This document shows positions 49,168 through 64,000 of a DNA stretch of 64,000 nt, piece after piece. A program made the translations under genes and the position numbers. Each line of letters begins with the position of its first letter. The first letter of the stretch is position 1. The notes under the pieces are model-generated. The model made no database searches, was not told the origin of the DNA, and worked only from the letters and a program-made list of their open reading frames with translations. Origin of the DNA: the human T2T-CHM13v2.0 reference genome, Homo sapiens; the NCBI RefSeq assembly GCF_009914755.1, contig NC_060926.1. One strand, given 5' to 3'.

Positions 49168-52079
49168 GCAAGCTAGCCCTGCATCTCCGCAAGCAGAAGA
49201 CCACGCCACGCACCTGCTCTGTTTTCCATCACAGAGTGGTGATTGCCGTATGCTGATTTGCAGCAGTTTCCCTGACTGCAGCAGGCCTCCTGCTGACTAG
49301 TGTTAATGTATCAGTCGGGCAGTGAGCTCACCTGCCTGCCAGTGGAACCCAGGCCATGTGCTATGGGCACCTCCCACAGCTGGCAGAGTGAACGGGCCAC
49401 CAGCAGCACCAAGGTGGGTCACACTGCAGAGGGGAAGCCACCTTGGGGTCCCAAGGTCTGTGTGCTAGTTGCTGGCAAGGATGAGATGGTGTCTTCCCGA
49501 ACTGGACCTTAAGCTAGGATTTGGAGATGAGCCGGGCCATCTCATGGGAGAGTCATCTGATAAACACATGTTGAGCACTTGTTGTGTGCTCAGAGGTGGA
49601 GACAGAGAATGAGCCCCAGTTCCTGCCATGGGGAAGGCTATATATTTAGCTTTCGGCAAGAGTAAGGTCAATTTTGAGTAAGATGACCCTAGGAGGGAAA
49701 ATGTAGCAAGAATGAGTTGCTTTTCTCTATATTGTGAGTGGTCAGAGATCTGAGCAAACAGGGCTGCTCCTGCAGTTAGTGGGTAATCCTGAGAGTCTCA
49801 GGAAGCCAGTTGTAATTAGATATATTCTTTCTATTACTTAAATTGAAACAACTAATTGAATCCTTAATTAATGTCTTTAAACTACCTTGGGATACAAAGT
49901 GCCAGAGAAGTTATTCTAAGTGCTAAATATGACTAGGAAGTCCCAGGGAGCAGTTTGCACCTGTGTTGCCTCTAGAATATGCAAGAAGACTCGTGCTGCA
50001 GGAAAAAGTTATTTCAAATGCAACTGGCAAAATGTTCAAAGTATCTTCTTTGCCTTAGTTTTCCCCAAGGTTTTCTCCTTGGCCTCTATTAAAGCATTCA
50101 TCCTTGATTTATTATCACCCTTGATCATGCCCTCAGTTTTTTTAAGTTTTTTGGTGGGAAAGGCATATTGAAGAGAGAAGTTGCCCCGTTCTGGACATCT
50201 GTAAAATATCTAGCTCATCAAATGCAGGCTACAAACAATAATGAAACTTCCTTTTGGGGGGTGCATTTTTATCTTTAAAGACTTAGATGCTATAAAAGGG
50301 CAGATAAAACTGCATTATGGGGGCAGCCAGGCCAACAGTAAGCTCTGCAAAACATCCACCTAATGTCCATGGTCCAGGTCGCTGCTGCCCTCGAAGAAGC
50401 AACCAGGGCCTCCCACTTCACAATCTTTTTCTGTCCCCTTCTCCTCATCACAGTGAATCAGGGGAAGGCATTTCTGACAGAGCACAGGAATGTAACAGCT
50501 GAAAGATCGTTCAAAGATGTTGCATCGTTTAGAGATAGATTAAGGGGGAGGCCTTCTCTTAAATTCCTGGGAGGCCCTCAGAAGTTTGTTTGGAAGGTCT
50601 TGGTATTCTGAAAGAGTCAGAATTTTATTAGTCATTATCTGGCTGGGTAATATGTCTTAGATTCTAGCAGAGAGAGTATTTCACATCTGGGAAGTTTTCA
50701 AATGTCTCTTTTTTTTAATTATGCGGATGTTCACATCTGTAGAACCGTCCCTTATGTGGAATTGTTTTCCTTCCCTTTGATAAGTTTCTTGGCTCATCTT
50801 ACAAATTCATTTGCAATAGCCTAAGCCAACTTGTGACAGATGTAAGCTCTCCAGAGACCACTGTTTTTTATTTTGCCCACTTTATATTCATGTTTGGAAA
50901 CATTAGTATTTATGTGAATGAATTCAGAGAATATGTTTGGTAAAATGAATTTATTCATGTTAGTGGAGAGAAGACCACATTATAGAATCTTTTAGAAACC
51001 TATAAATATATATATTTAAAAAAATGATTGGAAAGCTAAAATCCAAAGAAAATCTTGCAGATTTCATTTTATAATGATTTAGCTTTCTGATGCTCGATAT
51101 GTTCCTCATTAACTTGGAGAACATCATGATATTCCAGTTCAGAATGTGCAGGATATAATTGTGAAAAACGCAGCACAGATTATCAGCCCTGGGATCCTCA
51201 GCCTGGCTGCACACTGGTGAACCTGCAGAGCCTTTGAGAAGGCCAGTGCCTGGGCTTCACCCCAGAGTTTGTGAATTAGCTGATCTGTTTAGGGCCCAGG
51301 CAGCGGTGCCCAGGGTCCCAAGGGAACCCCACCCGTGGACGACTTTGAGAGTTCCACGTACGTAGTAAATTGGCTTTTCTCCTATTTAACAGGGTTCTTT
51401 ATCCCACCTAAAAAACTCCATCTAAAAGTAACTAACTTTTTCTCTGGCCCAGAAGGTCAGTCCGTTCTCCACAGTTGCCCTGGAGGCAGGGACCAAGTCC
51501 CACAGAGAAGACTCTGCCGAGGCTACTGCAGGTGTGAGACGGCATCATGATGTGGGCCCATGGCTGTGGGCCTAGGACAGTCCCCCCTCTGCCCTGTTAG
51601 AACCCTGGGCCTAGAGCCCAAAAACTTGATGGCATCCCTGCTGTTATTTCTGAGTGACCGTGGTTAATTATAGAACCATTCCGGGCCTAGGACAGTAATG
51701 CCCTCCTAGATGTTTGAGAAGATGTAAGAAGATGCGTGAGAGCAGATTTTGTCACCTGGGCCACACTAGGGAACTAGCAAGTTTTGTTGTAGGCGTTGTG
51801 TTCCTCTGGGGGTGACCCCTAAATCCTGAGCCCTGTCTCCTCAGTGGCCCAGACCCAACCCCTGTATCAGCCTGGGCTCCCAAGGGGGAGTTTCAGGACA
51901 GAGGCCCTTGAACCCCAGGTATGCCAGCCAAGACAGGGGCAGGGAAGGGGGTGTCAATGATGCCGAGACACCCCTACTTTCCCTGGGACCATCAGTATCA
52001 GGAACACTGATTATAGAATTCACCTTAAAACACTGGCTGGAGTATTCAAACCGTTACTGCAGAATGAGGCTGTCTTCTC

Positions 52080-52413
52080 TTTTTTTTGTTTGTTTTGTTT
52101 TGTTTTGTTTTGTTTTGTTTGGAGACAGAGTCTTACTGTGTCACCCAGGCTGGAGTGCAGTGGTGCTAACTTGGCTCATTGCAACCTCCGCCTCCCAGGT
52201 TCAAGTGATTCTCAGCCTCCCAAGCAGTTGGGATTACAGGCACACACCACCATGCCCAGCTAATTTTTGTTTTTGTTTGTTTGTTTGTTTTTTAGTAGAG
52301 ATGGGGTTTCACAGTGTTGGCCATGGTGGTCTCGAACTTCTGGCCTCAAGTGATCTTCCCGCCTCAGCCTCCCAAAGTGCTGGGATTACAGGCGTGAGCC
52401 ACTGTGCCTGGCC
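52080..52413 (-). mobile_element. Alu with (GTTTT)n tail
   Basis: ggagacagagtcttactg...gagccactgtgcctggcc. Confidence 0.92.
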
Positions 52414-52459
52414 TGTGTTCTCATTTTGTAGACTATTTTTCCCAGCATTATAAGCCATA

Positions 52460-52700
52460 GGGCTAGTGGAAGTGAGAGGCAGTGCTGAATGCTGGTGACC
52501 AGCATGGGCTCAAATCCCAGCTCTAGCAAGCTTTTTGGTCTTGCACAAGTTACTTCCCTCTGTTCCTCGGTTTCCTCTTTTTGCAATGGGAATAATAGTT
52601 GACCTACCTCATCCAGTTGTGAAAATGAAATGAGTTAATATACTCTACATAAACCCTGGGGGCAGCGCTTGGCTTACAGTTAAGTGCCAACTAGGGATTG
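52460..52700 (+). mobile_element. MIR, just upstream of exon 8
   Basis: gggctcaaatcccagctct...caagttacttccctctgttcctcggtttcctc...aaatgagttaatata. Confidence 0.8.
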
Positions 52701-52724
52701 GCTGCTGTCACCAGACAGGGCTAA

Positions 52725-52883
<159 letters not shown>

Positions 52884-53558
52884 TGAGAGGCAGTTCATTG
52901 TGCGGAGCTGTTATGATTGACTCACATTTTGTTATATGTAATTAATGGTCTTTTGGGAGGGAATAAATTGCAGTGAAGTTGTCACTGGCTTTGAAAATCG
53001 AAGTGTCTGGCTTCTGTGCCTGCACACACGCCCTTTCCCCTGCCCCGTTTCCTGCAAGTGGTTCTCTTTGAAGGCAGCATCGCTTGCTGTTCAGCCCGCA
53101 GAAGTGCTGTCTGATAACTGTAAATCTTCCCACCTTTCACACCGGCGTTAATACCATGCAGGCCAGGCCTGGGTGAGAACCGAGTGTTGGAGCGCTGGGG
53201 GTTTGTCTGCCTTCTCTCATCTGTGATTGCTTCAACATCGATGGCATGAATGTTGAGTTAAATGAGTAATTCAGATTCCGATGAAAAGCCATTTTCCACA
53301 TGTTTGCCACTTCTCGATAATGGGAAGGGATGGTGTGACATTCTGGCTCCTAGGTATTTTTCCCTAGCTTGTGAAATAAATTTAGTATCAGCTAATACCG
53401 AAATTAGCTACAGATGATGAGTTTCAGTCCAACACGACTTGGAGACTTGCTCGAAATGATTTTAACTTCTGTTACCCACCACGCGTTCCTCTTGAACAAA
53501 CCTAGGGTGAGCATCTGGCACCCAAGCAACTTTTTTTTTTTTTCTGCTTCCAATACAG

Positions 53559-53641
53559 GAAATGTGCATAGTTGACGAACCTTTAGAGGAATTCACTTCA
53601 AGGCATAGCTTGGAATGGAAATTTTTATTTCTGGATCACAG
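53559..53641 (+). CDS. NPAS2: NPAS2 exon 9 (83 nt), PAS-B start
   Basis: T13 tract...caatacag|GAA ATG TGC...GAT CAC AG|gtttga; [27 protein letters not shown](R). Confidence 0.96.
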
Positions 53642-54274
53642 GTTTGAGAAAAGAAAAACATATTTGGGTTGGGCCCTTCTCAAGTCTTGTTTGCGTGAGC
53701 CAGGCTCTCCTTGGGAGAGAAGAGTCGGCCCTGGTCCATTGAAAGAGGAGGACTCTCTGGCACTAGGAAAAGTCGTCCCTGCCAAGGGTGGGTGGTTTCC
53801 CTCCAACTTCATCTGCCCCATCGTGAATATGTTCTGTGTTTGGGTCTGATGGCTCAGCCCCGGGCCATCTTTGGGATGATCCTCACTTGAGGCCCTTCCC
53901 GGCTCCCAGTAAGGCAGCAGCAAGTGTGAGAGAAATCTCTCATCTCATTTTTTTCAACATCCTTTGATCTTTTAGCCCAATCTTTACTGTTTCTTTTGTA
54001 ACATTATTTGCAGTTGAAGAACTCCAAATCTCCCCTCCCCACCCTTTAATTTATATTACACTTTGGTGTTGGGCTGATCCAATTTGTAGCTGTTTTTAAT
54101 TACCCAGTAGTGATAAAGCTTATTGTTATTTGGGCCAAGTTATGCCAAGGGAAAGGAGTATCTATATGCCAAAAAAAAAAGCTGAGCCCTTTGGAAAACA
54201 CAGCCTCTCTGATTTTGACCATTACAAAGTTATTTTTCTCCCCTTGTTCTTGAGAAATGAGGCCTCCATGTTGA

Positions 54275-54574
<300 letters not shown>

Positions 54575-55270
54575 TAAGGTGAGGAACTTGGTTTTCTCTG
54601 AGATGATCTGGGGGCATGGTGGAGGCCCCTTATCCGCGTCTACCCCCATGTCACTGGAATTCACTTGGCCCCAAACCCTAGCACCTTCCCACTGTCATCC
54701 AGATAGGCGCCCTGTTTAAACCTAATTAAGAAATTAAGGTGATGCAGGGATTTTTTTTTTTAAGTTATGCAATACATTTCAGAGATAAAATACCGAATTC
54801 TCATAACTGTTCTTTCATCAGCAGATAAGTATTGGTCACTAACCATAGGCCAGATACTGAGTAGGCTGGCATATGGGGATGATCAGTACCTACTTGCTGT
54901 CCCGCAGGGCAGGTCTTCTGGGAAAGCCAGAAATGGGTGACTTTGTGGGATGTGGTCGGTGCATTGAAGGGGATGTACACAGCATACTGGGGGACTCAAG
55001 AGGACCCTCACAGCTGGGGTTCAGGGAAGGCTCTTTGCCACATACGAGGCGAACACATTAGCAAATGTATGGGGGATGGGACTTACGATGTGGGGGAGTG
55101 AGAATTACAAGCTTGTCCGAGTTCTCACTTAGCAAGTGGTTTCAAGAATTAACCACTTACAGCTGTATTTTCAGTGCCAACTCTTAACTTGAAATAGGAA
55201 CACTGACCTATTGATCCTAATGCATGAATCGACCACTAACATTGTGCTTTAAAAGATGCCTCACCTGTAG

Positions 55271-55593
<323 letters not shown>

Positions 55594-55935
55594 TAGAACT
55601 TTCTCTTCTGTGGAGAGGGAAGGAAGAATAGGCTTGAGTTCCATCTGGATCGGCTGTTAGAATTTAAAGCTAATCATTAAAACTGTAACTCCTTGCTCCT
55701 CAAAGCGTGGTCTAGGACCACACTGCATAGGCATCACGGGAAGTTTGCTACACTTGTAGAATCAGGCCTACTCAGAGTGTCTATTTTAACAAGATCCCGA
55801 AGTGAAGAATTACATTCAGCAATTGAAAGGCTTCTCCATGGCTTGGGCAAGACCTCCTTGCCCTGTGGAGCCCACACCCTCAATCTGCTGGGCTTATCTC
55901 CTCTTCAGATAATCACATTCTCCAAGTCAGTGTCC

Positions 55936-56222
55936 TTTTTTTTTTTTTTTTTTTTTTTTTTGAGACAGAGTCTCACTCTGTCACCCAGTCTCGGCTCGCT
56001 GCAAGCTCCGCCTCCCGGGTTCACGCCATTCTCCTGCCTCAGCCTCGTGAGTAGCTGGGACAACAGACGCCCGCCACCACACCCGGCTAATTTTTTGTAT
56101 TTTTAGTAGAGATGGGGTCTCACCGTATTCGCCAGGATGGTCTCGATCTCCTGACCTCATGATCCGCCTGCCTCAGCCTCCCAAAGTGCTGGGATTACAG
56201 GCATGAGCCCCTGTGCCCAGCC
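55936..56222 (-). mobile_element. Alu (AluY/Sc-like) with TSD tcagtgtcctttt
   Basis: TSD at 55927-55939 and 56224-56236; small internal deletion after tcacccag. Confidence 0.93.
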
Positions 56223-56892
56223 ATCAGTGTCCTTTTGTAGCGTTAGTTTCCTAGTTGAGATTTCTCTTAACCATTTACCTAAAGAGGTGCTAAGTTCCAG
56301 GCACTATGGCAATAAAACCCAAATCATTCTTCTTCCTTGGATCCGTAGTCCATCTTTCTGCCCTGCCCAGGCTTGATACACCATCAGCATCCATTCTGCT
56401 CTGGACACCCCTAGAAAAGCCACCAGCAGACATCACTATGGGGGGGCTGCAAGCAGCTCTGGGGAAGGGGGAAGCCTGGGGTGGAGGCATCTGTCCCCGA
56501 CTCTTTATTTGAGAACTGTGTCGACTGGGCATGAACTGCTGACTGGCAGCCACAGAATCCGTCCAGAGGTTGCTGGCTGGCAGGTCTGTTTTCGGGCCAA
56601 TTCTGGATGCTCTCTCCTGGGCTCCTGCAGCTCCAAAGACAGCTCTGCCTGCGGCGGGAGGATGAGCACCAGGCAAACCTGAGCCTCTGTTTCATTAAAC
56701 CTGCAGTTTGAAAATCTGTCTGCATCTGCCCTTATCTGAGGATCTCTTTAAGCGTCTGAGCATTTGGGAAAGTATATGGATCACTCTTCCACTGTTTAAG
56801 AATTCACGACAGTGTACCGTGATCCTGACAGTCACTTAAAATACAGGGCAACCGGGGAAACAAGCCATGTTTGGTATTGTCTTTTTTTTTGA

Positions 56893-57198
<306 letters not shown>

Positions 57199-57874
57199 TG
57201 ATGGCCAAGTCAGATCAGCAGTCACTCAGGTGTTCCCCATTTCGAAGATGAAGCCCAGGCCATCCCCTGCCGTTAACAGCACAATTCCCAGAGCTCAGCT
57301 CGCTTCCAGGCACCACTGGCTCTGCCCTCCCAGGGCTGAGACTCCTTTCAAGCTCTCAGTCAGGCCCCTTTGAACGCCTCATGGACTCTCGCAGGCTGCC
57401 AGGATATTACTTAGTAAGTGACTGCTTCACTGACCTACTTACATATTTTCCCATCTCTATCCAGCCCACAGCCTTCCCTTGTTCCTGCTTTGAGTAGAAA
57501 ATTTAAATTTTACCTCTAAATAACTCAAACACATATTCCCCTTTATTTTTAATGCTTTAAAAACCCCTGCTGGCAACTGAGGCAGTGTTGGGAAAACAGC
57601 CTGGCTGCCAGTGGGCGCGGGTTCCTGGGAGGTCCCTGCTGGCCTCAGGGAGCCCTCCACCCAGGGCGGGTGAGCAGGACTTTAAAGAGACGCGGCATGC
57701 CCAGGGTTTCATAGATGCTGCCTTTGTGGGGTCACTGTTCCCAAGGATGAAGGGGAAAATGGTCTTCTCCCCGACTACGGAAATTTTAAGAACGTAAATT
57801 AGTTTTAAGCTGGCCTACAGAGGAGCCTTGGAGAAGGGCAAAGAAAGAAAAGTTGGAAGGACAGCATGCCTTTC

Positions 57875-58294
57875 TTTTTTTTTTTTTTTAAACTTTAAGT
57901 TCTGGGATTCGTGTACAGAATGTGCAGGTTTGTTACATAGGTATATATGTGCCATGGTGCATGGTGCCATGCACCTATCAACCCATCATTTAGGCTTTAA
58001 GCCCTACATGCATTAGGTATTTGTCCTAATGCTCTCCCTCCACTTGTCCCCTACCACCACCCCTGTCAGGCCCCGGTGTGTGATGTTCCCCTCCCTGTGT
58101 CCATGTGTTCTCATTGTTCAACTCCCATTTATGAGTGAGAACATGCGGTGTTTGGTTTTCTGTTCCTGTGTTAGTTTGCTGAGGATGATGGCTTCCAGCT
58201 TCATCTATGTTCCCGCAAAGGACATGAACTTATTCTGTTTTATGGCTGCATAGTATTCCATAAAATTAGAAAAACCTACTTGAAATTTCATATG
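57875..58294 (-). mobile_element. L1PA-type short insertion with 5' inversion
   Basis: Antisense L1PA 3' end 57875-58261 followed by sense L1 ORF2 piece aaaattagaaaaacctacttgaaatttcatatg; atgc(c/a)tttctt flanks. Confidence 0.85.
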
Positions 58295-58307
58295 CATTTC
58301 TTATATA

Positions 58308-58621
58308 CAGCCACTTGCTGCTTGATGATGGATATGTTTTGAGAAATGTGTCATTAGGTGATGTTGTCATCATGCAAACACCATAGAGTGTACTGGACAC
58401 ACCTAGATGGTGTGGCCTACCATACACCTTGGCTATACCGTATAGTGTATTGTTCCTAGGCTACACACCTGTACAGCATGCTATTGCACTGAACACTACA
58501 GGTAGCCATAGCACAGGTGTAAGTGTGCACCTAAACGTATCTGAACACAGAAAAGGTACGGTAAAAATACAGTGTTCCAATCTTAGGGAACCACCAATAT
58601 GTCCCATAAGCACATGACTAT
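58308..58621. mobile_element. Tigger3-like (TcMar-Tigger) non-autonomous element
   Basis: ta|cagccac...gagaaatgtgtcattaggtgat...cctaggctacacacctgtacagcatg...aaaaggtacggtaaaaatac...cacatgact|ata. Confidence 0.75.
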
Positions 58622-59686
58622 ATATATGTAACAGACAGATGTAGACAGACAGACACTACACACACTCACACCATACATGTATCAGGTCACCAAATCAGCC
58701 ATTCTTCCTTAACACGCAGAAGAGGGGAGAAACACTAGTTTTCAGCAGCAAATGACCCTGATTCTACTTGACCACACTTCATGCCTTCGCTCAGGGACTT
58801 GATCTTGGATTCCCAGCCTGCCACTGGGCGTGCAGCAGCAGTGGTCTCTGACTCCATGGCAGCCGCCTGTTGCCACCCAGCCTGGTCCTCTGCCCAAGGG
58901 CCCCCTACCCCCAGGGAAGGCTGGGCAGCACTCACCCCTCACCCTTCAGGCTGTGCCCTCTACCAGCTCTTCTTCTCCATCCTCCACCTCTCAAATCCTT
59001 GGAAGAAACTCTCAGAGAAAGGAGGAAGAGAACAGAGTGAATGAATCAGGTGGCAGGCGTTCCGGAGGCCCAGGAGCCACGTTGCTTTCCAAGGCCTCTT
59101 GCCCCAGGGTCTCCACACTCGGGGCAGAGGCACTGTAGGGTCAGCTGGGCGTCCCTGTGTTGAGTTGATTTACCCACACTGCTGAAAAGTGGGCCTGTGG
59201 GCTCATCTACAGTCTGGATTTGGCTAGTCCGGGTTGGTTTGAGAGGAAACTTTCTGAGAAATGTAACTACTAAAAAAGTTTTGTGTCACTCTTCCATATG
59301 CACGGTCCAGACTGAGCAGGTTTTAAGAAAGCCTTCTAATTATTTAAAGGCAGAAGCTTATCCCATAGACGAAAATGTGTTTTTTAAAGACAATTACAAT
59401 TGGAGATTTCAGGGAAGTAAAAAGAATAGTAAATGAGAGGGGAATAAAGACATCCTGGAAATAAAAAGATTTTGAATGTAATATTATAAGTCATTCAGGT
59501 CGAATTTAAGGCAGAGAACGACGCTCATTCCTTCCAACAAGTCACAGGCTAGGCTCCTCTGTGTTGACTGTTGTGGGGGGCAGGGGTTACGTAGAGAACC
59601 TCGATGTACCTTGCTGTCTGTTCAGGTGGTGTCATCCCTTCCTGGAATGCCCCATCTCCACTGTGGTCTCTTAATTTCCTGTACAG

Positions 59687-59771
59687 TTACGCAGATGTCC
59701 GGGTGGAAAGGAGGCAGGAGCTGGCTCTGGAAGACCCGCCATCCGAGGCCCTCCACTCCTCAGCACTAAAG
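59687..59771 (+). CDS. NPAS2: NPAS2 exon 12 (85 nt)
   Basis: ttcctgtacag|T TAC GCA GAT...CTA AAG|gtacgc; (S)[28 protein letters not shown]. Confidence 0.96.
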
Positions 59772-59879
59772 GTACGCCCATCCCTGCCAGATGGATACGG
59801 CAAAGGTTGGCTAGGAAGAAAATGCAGCCAACCAGTCTCTGAAACAAGGGTTTCTTTTCATCAATGGAAGGGTACAACC

Positions 59880-60015
59880 AAGCTATTCAGGAGGCTGAGG
59901 TGGGAGGATCCCTTGAGGCCGTCACATTGAGGCTGTGGTGAGCTATGATTGTGCCACCATACTCCAGCCCGGATGACAGAGTAAGACTCTATCTCAAAAA
60001 AAAAAAAAAAAAAAA
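59880..60015 (+). mobile_element. Partial old Alu (AluJ/FLAM-like 3' part)
   Basis: agctattcaggaggctgaggtgggaggatcccttgag...gtgagctatgattgtgcca...A20. Confidence 0.85.
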
Positions 60016-60633
60016 GAGCCTGCAGAGCTGGGCTAGACACAGCCCCTGGACTCAAAGCACGGCTCGGCGACTTTCCAGCCTTACAAGCATGTCTCCAGTG
60101 AGTCCACTCGGCATCTCCTCCACAGATAAGACACTGGGGGAGTTCCTCCCTCCCCGGCTGGGTTGTGGAGGAATTCCAGAGTCCCTGGTCTTCCTTTGCT
60201 TGAGGGCCGTGGCACTGCCTCCAGGACCCAGGCACCCTATGGGGAGACTGCCCTCACGCCACTCTCCCTGTCACCTGTGCTTTCTATTTCTGTGTCCAGG
60301 GGTGTTAGTGAACATCATGCTGGAGCCAGCTCTGGGTCAGCGAGCCCTGCTGTAGAAAGGCCTTCCCTCCACAGAGTCTCTTCCATCCTTCCTTCCACAC
60401 ACTGAGCCCTCTACTCGCCTCTGCCTAGCCAGACGTCTCTTTGTCCCTGGTCCTGGTCCATCACACAGCTTCAGGGAACCTTGGGGATCATCTGCAAGTA
60501 GACCAGAGCCCTGTTCCTCGGAGTCCATTCTTAAAGCAGACACAAATGTTGGGAGAAAAAAAAAAGCAAGAAAGGGAGGGAGTGTTGTATTTCATCAAAG
60601 TTAAGGAAGGTGTCAACTGGAAGATCCATATGA

Positions 60634-60963
<330 letters not shown>

Positions 60964-61596
60964 TGAGAGAAAAATTGCTGCCAACCAATCTCTGAAACAA
61001 GTGTTTCTTTTCATCAACGGAAGGACACGTCTTAATTTCAGAAGTGTTCAAATGTGAGTGCTGGAGAGGGGAGTACCTCTTAGAACTGGTGAAGCTCAAC
61101 TTCCAGGGTGCCCAGTGACTGCGAATCCAGAGCCTTGGGCCAGAGGCTGGTGCCACAGCAATGGTCCAGTCTTTCAGGCTGTCTGTGGTCCAACAGAAGC
61201 ATCTCTCACCCCTGAAGGGCCAAGTTGGGAGGAAGGAGAAATCACCTTTCAAGATCAGAGAGCAGTGGGTGCCTTGGCAGAGCCTCCCCGGCTGCTGTGC
61301 CATGTGGTGGTGTGTTCCATGGCAATTCATCACCAGCACGCTGATAGGACGCAGCTGACATTGTTTATTACCCAGCTGTGTCACACCATACATTATGTAT
61401 CACGTCATAGAAGGGAATTCAGCTGCTAATAGGCAGATGTTAGACACACCATACATCATCGCTGAAGAACAGGTGTAGTGTGTATCATCCAGTCGGAAAT
61501 TTATCATTGAGGTTTCTGATCCTTGGGGAGTCCTGGAGCCCTGCGAAAGAATGTCTTCTCATCAAAATGCATATATGTATAAATACAAACGCAATC

Positions 61597-61914
<318 letters not shown>

Positions 61915-62512
61915 TTAAGAAATCCCTTTAAAGTAAAAGCTCCCAAACTATCCGTGGTATTGAACCAGTTTGGTTTTTATAGCTTCGCTGTCTGTCACTG
62001 TGCAGTGCATTTGTAAAATGCAGATTCCCGTGTGTGGACGTGATGTGCAGAGATGTCAAATGGGCATCAAGGTTCCTCCGGGCTTATTCTCGCTTCCTGG
62101 ACCGACTTCTCTGCTGACTAGGAACACATAATTCACAAACAGCCGTGGTCCAGGGACCCCGCTCTAAGGAGCCTGGTCAAAGGCAAACTGTAACCAAGCA
62201 GCAAGGTCCCCAAATTGCCATTTACCTCAGCACATCCAGCCACATCTGGTATTTCTGTTTTGCACAAAGGCCTGTAGGTCACATGTCAGTCACTTCATTC
62301 CTACTGTAGGTGTACAATATCCACCCCCACTGCAGCCGTGACACAAAAGACAAAACGGCCACGCAGACGCACGCATGGGATTTCATACCCAAGGCCATGG
62401 GACACAGACCAGCCCATTGACATAGCCCAGAGATGCTGGCAGTTTCCATTCTTCTAACACTAGCTAGGAATGCGGCTCAGGAGGGTAATCACTGTTTTGT
62501 TTTCTTCTTTAG

Positions 62513-63121
<609 letters not shown>

Positions 63122-63469
63122 TGAGTTTACAGTCCACTGCCAGCAGCAACCTTATTTCTAGAACCTCCTTCCCCCTTCTTGGAAAGTCAAGATGCTGGGT
63201 GGTGAGGTGACAATGTTGAGGAAATAATAAAATGGAAAGTCAGTTACGAAAATGTAAATAATAAAAACAAAAGGCGAGAAAGGGTAATAAACGCTGCTTT
63301 TCGGCTGCAAGCCTCTCTGAGGCTTTAGGTTACGTATATGTATATACTCTACCCAAGCATCTTTGGAATCGTCCCCAAACAACTATGGTATTTGTCTCAG
63401 CAGCTTCTGAGGTTGTCGACATATTTAGAACTAAAGTCACGCCCACTGATTCTTTCCTCTTGATGCTGA

Positions 63470-63805
<336 letters not shown>

Positions 63806-64000
63806 TGATCACCTCTCCACACTCTGGTATCCATTCATTGCCAAGCAAAGACATTGAGTGGGTTGTGCACAGATCTGATCCCTTGACTGCTTTTAGTAAT
63901 TCTGGGGAGGCGTCTGATCAGGCAGCTCATTGGACCAAGCAGCCGAAATGAAGTTTAGGGAGTGTTTGTGGTGTCTCCTACCTGCTCCCAGGCTGGGCTT

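Overview
Primate (almost certainly human) genomic DNA containing the middle of the circadian bHLH-PAS gene NPAS2 on the + strand. Eleven internal coding exons (conventionally exons 3-13, codons 11-428) can be spliced by eye into the continuous NPAS2 reading frame (bHLH, PAS-A, PAS-B/PAC, start of the Ser-rich region). The start codon lies upstream and the C-terminal exons downstream of the window. Intron 8 has a non-canonical GC donor, and the sequence carries the Thr394 allele. The rest is intronic and dense in Alu, old L1, L2, MIR, ERVL-type LTRs and hAT/Tigger DNA-transposon fossils; repeat boundaries and subfamily calls are by-eye estimates. Nearly all other ORFs in the supplied track are spurious or Alu-derived. 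The most unusual unexplained signal is a ~456-nt non-Alu, multi-tier nested fold-back (27456-27911) in intron 5 with a competing third copy of its outer arm. Also notable are a 49-bp direct repeat bracketing ~1.1 kb of intron 12, a 157-codon read-through frame after the bHLH exon, and a twin-primed L1. No prokaryote-style novel system is present.
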